Source of the DNA: Eledone cirrhosa
Lineage: Eukaryota
Reading direction: 5' to 3'
NCBI GenBank assembly: GCA_964016885.1
Contig: OZ024752.1
Coordinates: 12,462,001-12,526,000, forward strand
Length of the DNA stretch: 64,000 nucleotides
The notes beneath the pieces were generated by a model. It searched no databases. It was not told the DNA's origin and saw nothing but the letters and a program-made list of their open reading frames with translations. Both the position numbers and the translations under genes were made by a program. This document shows, in pieces, positions 40,916-58,343 of the stretch; the stretch's first letter is position 1, and each line of letters starts with the position of its first letter.

Positions 40916-41832
40916 ATGTCAAGACTTTCGGTTATACGTCATTCCTCAGTTTTTCTTATGTCTGTATGTCTGCATTAGATAACGTTTTTCGAAATATTTA
41001 CTTCTGCGTTCACAGACGGATTTTTTTAGGGTCAAAGCAGCGATTCTTTGCTTAATCTTTAATCTGTTATTTTAATATATACTAGCAGAATGGCCCGGCG
41101 TTGCTCGGGATTTACTCTAGGGTTCTTATATATTTGATATAAATTTATCCTTCTCGAGCCTCGTGAAGTAAATACGTTTGTTTATATTTTGTTATTGTGT
41201 ATGCAAAAAATCTGTACACGAATATATAAATAACAGTACAGAGAAGTACGGAATTCCTCGGCCTCGGGTTGGTGTCTACATTTTGTGCTTATAAAAAAAG
41301 TTCGTCGTACATTACCAGGGTTTTTTTCCGTTCGAAGAAAATTGTAGCAAGAGTTGCTTCCCTTGTTATGACGATCACATCACCAGTAGCGTTCTCTAGA
41401 CAGGAAGTAGCTGGAGTTACTTCCCGTTCAGGCGGCAGAACCTTCTTTGTCACTTCTGTCCAGGGACCCTATAAAGGAGAGAGCTGAAAGCTGTCTCCCT
41501 CTCTTTTAACCTGCCTGGCCCTTCGGCCAGGCGCGTTCTGCCAGAGGGTATACTCTCTGGCAACCTGAATATGGTAATGTAAAGACCTCTTGGTCTAATA
41601 CCCGATGACTTCAAAACGGTAAATCACTAACTTTAATCCATTCTTTCATCTCTCTTGGCATGTCAACTATTCTGCTCTACATAGCTCAACCTTGTTAAAT
41701 AAACATTGTACATACAACCGAGTGTCTTGTTATATTCATACAACCCAGTGTCCTGTTATAAAATTAATACTTTATCGCGAAATAAATACTTTTGTTTATA
41801 TGTGTATGCAAAAATATAAAATATATGTACAC

Positions 41833-41906
<74 letters not shown>

Positions 41907-41910
<4 letters not shown>

Positions 41911-42168
41911 GTGGTTACACAACAGTTAGTTCACCATACCGAGAACAATTGTTTCACCTTAGCGGCTCCTCAGCTCGTAATGGACATGGTTATACGGAAC
42001 AGGAAGGACAACCGTATAACCATGTCCATTACGAGCTGAGAATCCGCTAAGGTGAAACAATTGTTTTCGGTATGGTGAACTAACTGTTGTGTAACCACTT
42101 CTGCCTAACTTGTCCCATGGACTGAATGCTCTACCACTACGGATATTACCTTCCAGTGTTCTACCACT
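41907..42168. repeat. 91-bp inverted repeat with 66-bp tail in (TA)n, holding two hammerheads
   Basis: Arms 41907-41997 and 42012-42102; tail 42103-42168. Confidence 0.9.
41940..41977 (-). ncRNA. Minimal type I hammerhead ribozyme
   Basis: Reverse complement: cgag-CTGAGGA-gcc(gctaa)ggt-GAAAC-aatt-GTT-ctcg. Mutated mirror copy at 42032-42069. Confidence 0.8.
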
Positions 42169-42555
42169 ATATATATATATTAAAATAACAGATTAAAGTT
42201 TAAGCAAAGAATCGCTGTTTTCACCCTTAACGGGATCTTCTGAAACTAAAATAATAAATCTGTGAACGCAGAAGTAAATATTTCGAAAAACGTTACACAC
42301 ACACACACCACGTCATAATGACGTAATGCAGACAGCCAGGCATACAGACAGATATAATAAAGGTGCAACGTAATATCTATGTATCTATCTAAAAAGGGAA
42401 AGAATAAGAGACACAGGAAGAGATCGCTAAATCGCCTAATGTGGTCCCTAGGGCATAGAAAATTTGAATTTTTTTTGGCTTATAACACTCAATAGGACCA
42501 TAAGTATTAAGTTTGAAAACAATCGGTTGGGTGGTTCTCAAGTTTTAGTGATTGT

Positions 42556-42586
<31 letters not shown>

Positions 42587-42609
42587 TTCTCTGTTTTAGT
42601 AATATAGAT

Positions 42610-43566
42610 ATTCGTGTACAGATATTTTTGCATACACAAAAACAAAAACCTGTTTATTTCACGAAAGCACAGATGGCTTATCGTCATTGTTACTGTTCGA
42701 GGTTAGAGGACCACAGTCTTTCCAAGATCTGAGAACCATCAATGGCCATCAATGTTCCACTTACCGTTTGGCTTGCCAGATGTGTGGTATGCTACACAAT
42801 GACAGCCATTGGCACCTCACCCTGCAAATAGCAGCAACTACTAAAGTCCCTTCTCAGTTGCGAAAACTTTTTGCTATTATTCTGCACAACCGCGATCTCG
42901 CCGACCCTCTCACACTGTGGAGCAACCACCGTGAAAGTCTAGCTGAGGACATCCTCCACCGCACACGCAGACACAATCCGAACGTAACATACGATGTCGT
43001 TTTCAATGAGACACTCATTTGTCTTGAAAACAGAGTCCTGGAGATTGGTGGTAGGCCTCTGAGTCACTACAGCTTATCTACTCCTAACAGGAGTCTTCAG
43101 AGGTCAACATCTACAGAGCTTCTCCGAGAGACGAGCTACGAAATCAGTGATTCTCCCATGGTCAATTGTATGTAGGATGCTCTAGGGTGAGCTCGCCAAA
43201 CAATCTCTTCATTTTTGCTGTGGAGGGCTGAACAAAACATATTGTATACTTTGAGGCTCTAACAATGTAATTTAAATATTTTCTGTTACTTGGAATTTCC
43301 ATTATGGTTGTACAAATTATTGTTTGTTAAAAAATGTGTTCTCTGTTCAGCCTTTATTGTTGTAACTATCAATTTTCTTTAACGTACTGGCTGCTGAACT
43401 GGGGAATCATAAAAACTATTCAAACCCAACATCAGAACACCTTAACCCCCTCCCCCCTCGCTGACTTGAGAGGGCGTGCGGTATCTTTGCACAGGAGTAG
43501 GAGGCATTCCTGACAAGATAAAATGCCGGTATACCTAGTCGGGCGCCAGCCGGACGGGGCAGCTAG
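42610..43566 (+). mobile_element. Internally deleted Helitron (helicase-region fragments and 3' end)
   Basis: ORF 42687-43175 (VRGPQSFQDLRTING...QLRKLFAIIL) joined to the Pif1 motif FSHGQLYVGCSRV; 3' GC-rich hairpin followed by CTAG at 43563-43566. Confidence 0.85.
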
Positions 43567-43575
43567 TATATATAT

Positions 43576-44431
43576 ATCATCATCATCATCGTTTAACGTC
43601 CGTGTTCCATGCTTGCATGGGTTTGGACGGGAGTTTTACCACTTGAGGCAAGAGTGGTTGTCTTGCTCGCATAGGACTGTCTGGCGGGTTTTCTACAGTT
43701 GGATGCCCTTCCTAACACCAACCACATTTACAGTGTGGGTCTGGGAGGTTTTTACCGTATTGCCTACACGGCCACATTACAGCGTGGACTGTGTGTTTTT
43801 TTTTCGTGACACCTACACGATCTCATTTGTTTCGGCCTGGATTTTGTGGCACCAACATAACTTTACATTGAAAGGGGCGGTGTGGATGGGGTGGGGGTGG
43901 TGGGACGAGGGTGTATTTTGTTAGAGATGCCTACTGACTGTAGTAGGTTTTACTTTGTATTTAGGTAACGCGGGTCTTCTCTGTTACTGAGTACCGCCAA
44001 AGGTCTCGGTCCAGTGACATTGTCTTGGAGAGGTGTAAGTGTGTGAGGTCGGAATTTATCAGCTCGTCCCAGGTTTTTCTGGGTCTGCCTACTCCGTGGC
44101 TACCATCTATCTTTATTGCCCTGCACTTTGTTATACAGCTGTCGTCTTTCATGCGCATCACATGACCATACCAACGTAGCCTTCTCTCGAGTAAACAACA
44201 TCTGATCCCTCTTATTTCTAATTTTTTCCTTAGTTCGTTTATGCTTTGCCGTTCATGTATATTACTATTACACATCCAGCGGAGCATGCAAGCTTCGTTC
44301 CTCTCTAGTCTGCGTATATCCTCTGCACACAATGCCCAGGTCTCACTGCCATGCAACATTGCTGTTCGTATGCAGGCATCATACAACCTGCCTTTCACTT
44401 TTAGGGAGAACCCTTTAGTGGCTAATAGTGG
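43576..44431 (-). mobile_element. 5'-truncated RTE-clade LINE (ORF C-terminus, 3' UTR, (GAT)n tail)
   Basis: [20 protein letters not shown]...[11 protein letters not shown]...GRPRKTW...DRDLWR, stop at 43961. Confidence 0.9.
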
Positions 44432-45905
<1,474 letters not shown>

Positions 45906-46416
45906 TTGTTATATTTGGGGAGGGTCATATTTGCGTAATATTGCCAGAATTAATAACAGAACACACTCACTGTTTGGTTGGTTTTCGCTTCTCGCTGTCT
46001 TTTATATATATATATCTGCGATCTAACTTACTCGGTCCTCAATGTTGCCATTGACTGACCGGCGGTCAAAAATAATACAGATACAATATAGACAAACACA
46101 TATATATATAGTTTACATAAATCTTTCGTTGCACATCTGCAACATCGTCAGTGGTGTTATATTCATTGTTCCTCCTGTTGTGTTGTATGTCTACGCCATT
46201 TTTTTTGTTCAGTCTGTCTATATATTTATTTATTTATTTGCTTGTTTGTTTATCTTATTTTATTTTGTCTTCTTTGCGCATGCGTTTGCGTGTGTGTATA
46301 GTGTGATGTGTGACTAGTGTGTATCGTGTTGTGTCTGCTGGGTGACTAGTGTGTGTTTATGTGCTTGTGTATGTATTTATTTATCTTATTTTATTTAATT
46401 TAATTTACTTATTTAT

Positions 46417-47496
46417 TTATACTTCTCTTAGGTCAGTGTTGTTTGTTTGGGTGTTGTTGTTGTTCCACTCATTCTTTCTGTTTAGCTTTGGTTTTCTAAT
46501 TTCTATTTCACTGGCCTCTCTGATTTGCCTATCTGCTGGGTCATTCCTATGTTTAGATATTATTCTAATTTCTATGTTGTCTATGTTACCGTCATGATGT
46601 TGTCTAGCATGTTCGTATAGTACTGACCCGTTTTTTCGTCCTTTTAGTTCCCCCCAGTGTTGGTCTATCCTTTCACCTATGCTACGAGCTGTCTCACCTA
46701 TGTATGTTGTTGTCGTGTTTCTGCAAGTACCCTCTGTACATCTTATGCTATAGACTACGTTTCTAGTTTTACAGTTTATCCGGGGGTTCACCTTACATAT
46801 GATACATTTCCTATTGGTACAGTGGGTTTTCTTAAAAGGGTAGGTTTTGCTGATCAGGGATTTTATGGTGGTTCCTGGCTTTTCTACCACCTTTATTTTT
46901 AAGTGGGTCTTTCTCAGGGCCTTTCTACACTGGTTAGCTAATTTCCCTCCAGGGGTGGCGTCCACAAACATGACACTCTGATATCTCTGGTTGTCGTACC
47001 ATGATGTGGCCTTCCCTATCTTATGTCTAGCCCTATCTAAGCTATTCCATGATTTGCTCCTGTATAGTGGGCAAATTCCTTTCATGTCCAGTTCTATGAG
47101 GGTCTTATACTTTTCCATGGCTCCTTCGTATACTCTGACTCTGTCTCTTTGGTTGTAGCCAGAGAACTGCATGCGGTTGATGAAGTGTTGGATGTGTCCT
47201 TCCATTTCTGTTGGGTCGCACATGCTGGACACATTCTTCATCACTCGTACCAAATCTGCGATCAGAATATTAAACTTAGCACTACTGGACATTGCTGAGT
47301 TTTTGAGTATCAGGTATTTGGAGGCCATGGGTTTAGCATAGTGTGAGTGGAGAATTTGGGCTCTCTCGTCTATAGTGTTAATCCAGAGTTCTGTGTCTAA
47401 TACAGGTAGTCTATTGTTAGGGTGTTTGGAAGGGAAGTCTATAGTTACAGTTATACTCTGGTGTATGGAATTAGCTATCTGCTGGATGCTTTCCAT
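46417..47496 (-). CDS. Inverted partial copy of the PLE ORF (thumb, linker and GIY-YIG; no RT active site)
   Basis: The 359-aa translation is identical to the C-terminus of the 47655-50456 ORF. Confidence 0.6.
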   Translation of the reverse strand: MESIQQIANSIHQSITVTIDFPSKHPNNRLPVLDTELWINTIDERAQILHSHYAKPMASKYLILKNSAMSSSAKFNILIADLVRVMKNVSSMCDPTEMEGHIQHFINRMQFSGYNQRDRVRVYEGAMEKYKTLIELDMKGICPLYRSKSWNSLDRARHKIGKATSWYDNQRYQSVMFVDATPGGKLANQCRKALRKTHLKIKVVEKPGTTIKSLISKTYPFKKTHCTNRKCIICKVNPRINCKTRNVVYSIRCTEGTCRNTTTTYIGETARSIGERIDQHWGELKGRKNGSVLYEHARQHHDGNIDNIEIRIISKHRNDPADRQIREASEIEIRKPKLNRKNEWNNNNTQTNNTDLREV

Positions 47497-47519
47497 CGTG
47501 CTACGTTCTAAATCAAACG

Positions 47520-50456
47520 GAGCTGGAAAAGTGTTTCACAAAAATACGTTGGAATGCAAAGGTAAACAACAACAACAATAATAACGGTAGTAGTAATATA
47601 AACAATAACTCTGGGTATAGAAATAACAGCCATAACCATAACAATGGCAGGAAAGTGAGAAATAGTGATAATGGTAATAATACTAGCGATAGACAGAACA
47701 ACAACAACCACAATAATAATAATAATAGAAACGTTAACCACAGACACAGCAACAGTGACCACAGTAGTAATAACGGTAACAATACGAACAACAACAACAA
47801 CAATAACCACAGTGGTAATAATGGAAATAGTACATGTAGCAACATCAACAAAAACAAGAAACATAATAATAGTAACAACCACAATGGTAGAAATAGCAGT
47901 AACAACAACAACAATAACGGTGAAGTAAACAACAATACATCTAGCAATCATAACAATAATAATATTAATGCTAAGGATAGAAACAACAACAACCACCATG
48001 ATAACAATAATAGCAACACACACAACTATGACGATAGAAATAACGACAACCCCTTAGAGAAACTATTTTTCAACCCAGCTGACAAAACATATAAGATGGG
48101 TAATATCTATCCTACGAGGTTACCCTTTAATAAAAGAGTTTGCATACCACAACAAATAGATGACGAGACGGAGGCACAGTTCACCATAGCTAGAAATAAG
48201 ATTAGACAAGTAGTAGACAGGTACACTATGAGACAGAGCAGACCAGAGGCCCAACAACTTGGGATAAAACCTGTAGAAGGCTTGGTTAGCCTCAAGCAGC
48301 GCACAAGGGATGGTGAGGTAGTGTGTCTACCCACAGATAAGTCTGGTAGGATGTCAATAGATAGCATGCCGAACTACATCGAGGCAATGCAACCCCACAT
48401 CACCAACACGAGCGAAGTTGCACAACTAACACACGATGGGAGAGAAAAAATCCTCAACGCTCACATGATGATGTGGACTGACATCCTAAAGCCAAGCAGA
48501 CGCACTGCCAACAACTTCCAGGCGTCTAACAATGGCATACCACCCTTGTATGGGCTCCGCAAAGACCACAAGACAGTCGACGACCCGACAATAGGACCAC
48601 CAACAAGACCTGTATGCGGAGCTAATATAGCTAGCAACTACAGGATCTCCTACTTCCTCTCGATGGTTATACGCCCCATAATCAAGATGTCCCCAGATGT
48701 ATGTGAAAGTACAGAGGACCTCCTCAGCAGAATCAGTGAGTGCAACAAAAACAGGAGCCTATCCAACTGCATAATAGGCAGCATGGATGTGGTGTCACTG
48801 TACCCATCCATTAACATTGATTTTGCTGTGAAAAGATGTGTGGAGATGATCATTGAGAGTGAGGTGGAGTTCTGCGACGTCGACACAGACGAACTAGGCC
48901 TCCTACTTAGACTTACCTACGACACTGACTACCTAGACAGCCATGACCTTAGATGTTTCTGCCCTAGTAGACCTATAAGAGGTAGACCCCCCACCATAAC
49001 CTCAATGGCTAAAAAGACTCCCATAGGAAGGTGGATTGGGTGGACCAAAGCTATACGGACCCCCCAAAACACTGATCAGGTAAGAAAAATGGTCGCACAT
49101 GCAATAGGGGCTAGTATCAAAACTACCCTAAAGGGCCACATATTTAAGTTCAATGAGAAAATCTACACCCAAAATGAGGGAGCAGCCATCGGCGTCAGCA
49201 TAGCTGGCGATGTTGCCAACCTTTTCATGGTATGGTGGGAAAGGAGACTTAAAGATCTCCTTAATGAAAGCTCCATAGACCTCATCATGTACTCTCGTTA
49301 TGTAGATGATATCAATATAGTTATAAGAACACCCCCACTAGAGAGCACTAACAAGTTTGATTTAGAACGTAGCACGATGGAAAGCATCCAGCAGATAGCT
49401 AATTCCATACACCAGAGTATAACTGTAACTATAGACTTCCCTTCCAAACACCCTAACAATAGACTACCTGTATTAGACACAGAACTCTGGATTAACACTA
49501 TAGACGAGAGAGCCCAAATTCTCCACTCACACTATGCTAAACCCATGGCCTCCAAATACCTGATACTCAAAAACTCAGCAATGTCCAGTAGTGCTAAGTT
49601 TAATATTCTGATCGCAGATTTGGTACGAGTGATGAAGAATGTGTCCAGCATGTGCGACCCAACAGAAATGGAAGGACACATCCAACACTTCATCAACCGC
49701 ATGCAGTTCTCTGGCTACAACCAAAGAGACAGAGTCAGAGTATACGAAGGAGCCATGGAAAAGTATAAGACCCTCATAGAACTGGACATGAAAGGAATTT
49801 GCCCACTATACAGGAGCAAATCATGGAATAGCTTAGATAGGGCTAGACATAAGATAGGGAAGGCCACATCATGGTACGACAACCAGAGATATCAGAGTGT
49901 CATGTTTGTGGACGCCACCCCTGGAGGGAAATTAGCTAACCAGTGTAGAAAGGCCCTGAGAAAGACCCACTTAAAAATAAAGGTGGTAGAAAAGCCAGGA
50001 ACCACCATAAAATCCCTGATCAGCAAAACCTACCCTTTTAAGAAAACCCACTGTACCAATAGGAAATGTATCATATGTAAGGTGAACCCCCGGATAAACT
50101 GTAAAACTAGAAACGTAGTCTATAGCATAAGATGTACAGAGGGTACTTGCAGAAACACGACAACAACATACATAGGTGAGACAGCTCGTAGCATAGGTGA
50201 AAGGATAGACCAACACTGGGGGGAACTAAAAGGACGAAAAAACGGGTCAGTACTATACGAACATGCTAGACAACATCATGACGGTAACATAGACAACATA
50301 GAAATTAGAATAATATCTAAACATAGGAATGACCCAGCAGATAGGCAAATCAGAGAGGCCAGTGAAATAGAAATTAGAAAACCAAAGCTAAACAGAAAGA
50401 ATGAGTGGAACAACAACAACACCCAAACAAACAACACTGACCTAAGAGAAGTATAA
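47520..50456 (+). CDS. PLE reverse transcriptase / GIY-YIG endonuclease, 5'-truncated, with Asn-rich insert
   Basis: The frame is open from the inversion junction (ELEKCFTKIRW...), upstream of the GTG at 47655. Motifs: PTDKSG, PPLYGLRKDHK, RPVCG, GSMDVVSLYPSI, QNEGAAIG, RYVDD, Cys-rich linker CTNRKCIIC, VVYSIRC...YIGETARS...RIDQH. Confidence 0.93.
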   Translation, partial: ELEKCFTKIRWNAKVNNNNNNNGSSNINNNSGYRNNSHNHNNGRKVRNSDNGNNTSDRQNNNNHNNNNNRNVNHRHSNSDHSSNNGNNTNNNNNNNHSGNNGNSTCSNINKNKKHNNSNNHNGRNSSNNNNNNGEVNNNTSSNHNNNNINAKDRNNNNHHDNNNSNTHNYDDRNNDNPLEKLFFNPADKTYKMGNIYPTRLPFNKRVCIPQQIDDETEAQFTIARNKIRQVVDRYTMRQSRPEAQQLGIKPVEGLVSLKQRTRDGEVVCLPTDKSGRMSIDSMPNYIEAMQPHITNTSEVAQLTHDGREKILNAHMMMWTDILKPSRRTANNFQASNNGIPPLYGLRKDHKTVDDPTIGPPTRPVCGANIASNYRISYFLSMVIRPIIKMSPDVCESTEDLLSRISECNKNRSLSNCIIGSMDVVSLYPSINIDFAVKRCVEMIIESEVEFCDVDTDELGLLLRLTYDTDYLDSHDLRCFCPSRPIRGRPPTITSMAKKTPIGRWIGWTKAIRTPQNTDQVRKMVAHAIGASIKTTLKGHIFKFNEKIYTQNEGAAIGVSIAGDVANLFMVWWERRLKDLLNESSIDLIMYSRYVDDINIVIRTPPLESTNKFDLERSTMESIQQIANSIHQSITVTIDFPSKHPNNRLPVLDTELWINTIDERAQILHSHYAKPMASKYLILKNSAMSSSAKFNILIADLVRVMKNVSSMCDPTEMEGHIQHFINRMQFSGYNQRDRVRVYEGAMEKYKTLIELDMKGICPLYRSKSWNSLDRARHKIGKATSWYDNQRYQSVMFVDATPGGKLANQCRKALRKTHLKIKVVEKPGTTIKSLISKTYPFKKTHCTNRKCIICKVNPRINCKTRNVVYSIRCTEGTCRNTTTTYIGETARSIGERIDQHWGELKGRKNGSVLYEHARQHHDGNIDNIEIRIISKHRNDPADRQIREASEIEIRKPKLNRKNEWNNNNTQTNNTDLREV

Positions 50457-50715
50457 ATAAATAAGTAAATTAAATTAAATAAAATAAGATAAATAAATAC
50501 ATACACAAGCACATAAACACACACTAGTCACCCAGCAGACACAACACGATACACACTAGTCACACATCACACTATACACACACGCAAACGCATGCGCAAA
50601 GAAGACAAAATAAAATAAGATAAACAAACAAGCAAATAAATAAATAAATATATAGACAGACTGAACAAAAAAAATGGCGTAGACATACAACACAACAGGA
50701 GGAACAATGAATATA

Positions 50716-50760
50716 ACACCACTGACGATGTTGCAGATGTGCAACGAAAGATTTATGTAA
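50716..50760 (+). ncRNA. Hammerhead-like motif in the PLE 3' UTR/pLTR
   Basis: CTGACGA-t-gttgca(gatg)tgcaac-GAAA-gat-TTA-tgt. Strong helix II, weak helix I. Same position as the 39182 and 30196 motifs. Confidence 0.6.
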
Positions 50761-51025
50761 ACTATATATATATGTGTTTGTCTATATTGTATCTGTATTA
50801 TTTTTGACCGCCGGTCAGTCAATGGCAACATTGAGGACCGAGTAAGTTAGATCGCAGATATATATATATAAAAGACAGCGAGAAGCGAAAACCAACCAAA
50901 CAGTGAGTGTGTTCTGTTATTAATTCTGGCAATATTACGCAAATATGACCCTCCCCAAATATAACAATATCTGTTTCGACACACGATTTCATATAAAAAA
51001 CCTCGCAAAACTAATTCATCGCCGC

Positions 51026-55002
<3,977 letters not shown>

Positions 55003-55006
<4 letters not shown>

Positions 55007-55250
55007 TGACACAGAGAAGACTGAGGTTGGCTGGACATGCTCACCGACATCCAGAGTTGACATTGCACTCAGTCCTCCTTAGGAGCCCCTACATGGACAC
55101 ACTAGAAGAGGAAGACCAAGGTTAACATATGTTGATGCCCTAAGGACAGACACTGGTCTGTTGGAGATGCAGGATATGGCAGCGATAATGAGGGACAGAG
55201 ACCGCTGGAGAGAACTCGTCCATGGATCTCGGGAATTTTACCCGCCTTAG
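55003..55250 (+). mobile_element. 3' end of a second RTE-clade LINE family
   Basis: Translates to [17 protein letters not shown]...HGHTRRGRPRLTYVDAL..DTGL...DRDRWRELV. Confidence 0.75.
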
Positions 55251-55266
55251 ATAGATAGATATATAT

Positions 55267-55616
55267 GGAGGCACATGGCTTAGTGGTTAGAGCATTGGCC
55301 TTGCAATCGAAAGGTTGTGAGTTCAATTCTAAGACCGGGTGATGTGTTGTTTCCTTGAGCAAGACATTTTATTTCACATTGCTCCAGTTTACTCAGCTGT
55401 AGAAATGAGATGATAGGACTGAGGTCCCTATCATTCCACTGTAAAGTGGTCGTGGAAGTGCCACGGCAAAAAAGCACCCAGCACTCACTGTAAATGAGGT
55501 TGGTGTTAGGAAGGGCATCCAGCTGTAGAAATCAAGCCAGAATCAGTTCCCGTCCCACCCTTGCAAGCAGGGAAAAGCGGACGTAAAATGATGATGATGA
55601 TGATGATGATGATGAT
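55267..55616 (+). mobile_element. tRNA-derived SINE with RTE-like 3' tail and (GAT)n
   Basis: A box tggcttagtgg and B box gttcaattc; 3' part ggttggtgttaggaagggcatccagctgtagaaa is shared with the RTE UTR. Confidence 0.8.
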
Positions 55617-56075
55617 ATACAGAGCATTTGTAGTTTTTCCAAATTGAAGGATGAGTATTTTAAACTTAATTTATCATGAGTTAAGGCTCTATTGATTTTT
55701 CCCTGGATTTCACTAAATTCTGTCGATGAATCTATATCCTGATTCTTTTGGAATTCAGTTTGAATTATTTTCCCACGTCTTACGTTAACTATTTTTCCCT
55801 TTTTACGCTAGTCACTTATATATGATGGAATACTGTTGGCGTTTTGCTACAATATTTTCTATACTTTTCATTTATATATATATATATGAGTGTGTGTGTA
55901 TATGTGGGGATGTATGTATATGTGTGTGTGCATACTTATGTGAGTGCGTGGCTTCCTGTGTATGTATGGATATATAGATATCCGAGCGCCGCGTCTCCCC
56001 TGGAATAATTGCGGGCCTTGTGCCAAAAGTAGAAACAATTATTATTAATACTTCCTATCATTATTATCTTCAACC

Positions 56076-56466
56076 AGGTGGTTTGGCAGTAATCAGTAGA
56101 GCGTCACACATCATGCTTTGCAACATAGAGTTATGGCCCTTTGTGTTTTGAGTTCAAATCCCGCCGATGCTAACTTTGCCTTTCATCCTTACGGGGTCGA
56201 TAAAATAAAGTACCAGTCACCCACTGGGGTCGATTTAATCGACTTTCCCCTCCCCCAAAAATTACTGGCCTTGTGCCTAAATCAGAAACCATTATTTGGC
56301 AGTATCAGTAGAGCGTTAGACACGATGCTTTGCAGCATAGAGTTATGGCCCGTTGCGTTCTGAGTTCAAATCCCTCTGAGGTTAACTTTGCCTTTCATCC
56401 TTACGGGGTCGGTAAAATAAAGTACCAGTAATTGCTGGTATTATGCCAAAAGCAGAAACAATTATT
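56076..56466 (+). mobile_element. Two tandem SINE copies
   Basis: Repeated ttggcag.a.tcagtagagcgt...gagttcaaatcc...ttaactttgcctttcatccttacggggtcg. Confidence 0.7.
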
Positions 56467-57059
56467 AACTTGAACCACCCCGCCAATAAGGCCACCCACC
56501 CACTTTCCGCTCCCTGTTTACACCAAAGCAAGTCTTTGACTAATCAAAACATTCCAAAACGCACGCACACACACGAACCCTTAAATGCTCGCGCGCACAC
56601 AAACACGCACATTAATACCTGTGAATGCACACCCATATGTAAACGAAACTTTCGCGTTTCTTTCCCATTATATATATATAGAAGACTTAATTACACGTCA
56701 CAAATATATATATACGGATATAAGATTCCGTGCTATATTAGTCGTTGTAAAAAATACATAAAATTATCTCCTAATTTCGACGAGTGATTTTCTTCCGGAA
56801 AACGTGAGAATCCACTTTCCTTTACCCACGAACTTGTCTGATTAATCGTTTTGATATCATTTTTCTAACGAAGAACACTAAATACCTATGATTTCCAAAT
56901 ACATGTTTTTAAATAATCTATGATTTGCCGGAATTTAGTAGTATAACAATATTTTAGAAGACTTAATGATTTTATTTTGTTTCAACAAGAATTCATTAGT
57001 AAGATACCATAATCACGATGTTTCACATAAAAATAGAATTCACGGAAGTTTATAAATAT

Positions 57060-57420
57060 GAATTATATTATTTATAGTTGTATAAATAACATTACAAATC
57101 GTTTGCTATTCTTTCAGAATGAAAATATAAACAGAGCATATAAATAAATTTACAGTAGAATAACATAACAAATATGTTTTAAATATATACACAAATAACA
57201 TTACAAATGCTTAGACAACATTATAAATTGCTCGCGATTCATTCAGGAAGATATATTCCTTTAATGTTACAATATTAAAGAAAATGTAAAGGAAGTGGGT
57301 GAACAACGGAGCCAACACCAGAGCAAAAGACAGCAGCGAGGAGTACTGGGCAACCACTCTAATGAGTTTTGAGGCAAGCCAGCACACTCGCAGTGTTGCC
57401 TCGGGTGATGGCGAGGCTGA
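57060..57420 (-). mobile_element. CRE-like element 3' end
   Basis: Homologous to 63530-63830 (ISLAITRGNTASVLACL plus 3' UTR). Confidence 0.7.
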
Positions 57421-57559
57421 TATTTGTGTACACAGTTTAGACATATTTGTAATGTTCTTCTGAACGAATTTCGAGCAATATATAATTTTACTTAAACAAT
57501 CAAAGAGCAAAATAAATTCTTTAATTCAACGCTAAGTGCGCTGATGGGTCACACACTAC

Positions 57560-57860
57560 CAGGACATTGGATTCGCACACCGACAGGTTTGCAGTCGTGC
57601 CCTTAGCAGTGGAGACTTCTGGTGTCCTTGGTCCACTTCCCTACTCACCACCATAGGCGTTGAGCTGGCTAGCCGCAGGTGTGAGCCTCGCGAGACGGAA
57701 TAGCTCTTCCAATGCATCTCCCTTACCATTCTCCGGGGAAACGCCTTCTCTATTCTGGTCGCCGGGGCCGTGGGGCAACCAGCACATGGGACCCCATTTG
57801 CTCATAGTATAGATGGAGGCGATGACAGTGGGAGTTCGGCTCTTCTGTGTTCGGACCTGG
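57560..57860 (+). mobile_element. CRE-like element 3' end, same family as 10010-10280
   Basis: Translates to FAVVPLAVETSGVLGP...LFQCISLTILRGNA. Confidence 0.7.
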
Positions 57861-58343
57861 TGTGCAGCATCAGTTGTCCGTAGAGAGGTAGTGATTCATA
57901 TCAGGGGCGAAGGGTCCGTGCATGCAACGCATGCAGTGCATGCGTTATAGAAACTTGAGTTGATCAATTGCGTCGGTTGAGGCAAGCAGAATTTTGGCTG
58001 CTTACTAAAACGTATAGACACAAAAAAAGACAACACACACACAAACACACGACAGCTTTGGGGCAAGCAGAATTTTGACTGCTTACTAAATCGTAGACAC
58101 ATCAAAAGATAACACACACACACTAGATAAGACTACATGCGGCTTTGACCGGGAGGGTCATTTAGAGGAAACTGGGGGGGGTAAGGCTGCCCAGCCCCAC
58201 TTTCCGCCATGGCGATTGGACTACATACCCTGCTTTCCAGGTTACCCTTCGCCACTGATTCATATATATATATAGTTTGACTAGCCTGCTTTTAAATTCC
58301 CCTTTGGCATATTTTAGCTGTGGGTCTTAGTTAACGTTGTTGA

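Larger units (their letters stand above)
45903..51025 (+). mobile_element. Young Neptune-type Penelope-like element with a 1616-bp inverted duplication and a 55-bp tail, inserted in (TA)n
   Basis: 45903-47518 is the reverse complement of 49355-50970. The forward copy runs 47519-51025. Hammerhead-like motifs at ~46113-46157 (minus) and ~50716-50760 (plus). Confidence 0.95.

Noticed and set aside
47508-48023. Hydrophobic V/I/L-rich ORFs
   Set aside because: They are antisense or alternate frames of the PLE Asn-rich tract
55267-55340. tRNA gene
   Set aside because: A and B boxes are present, but there is no acceptor stem and the sequence continues into a SINE body and tail
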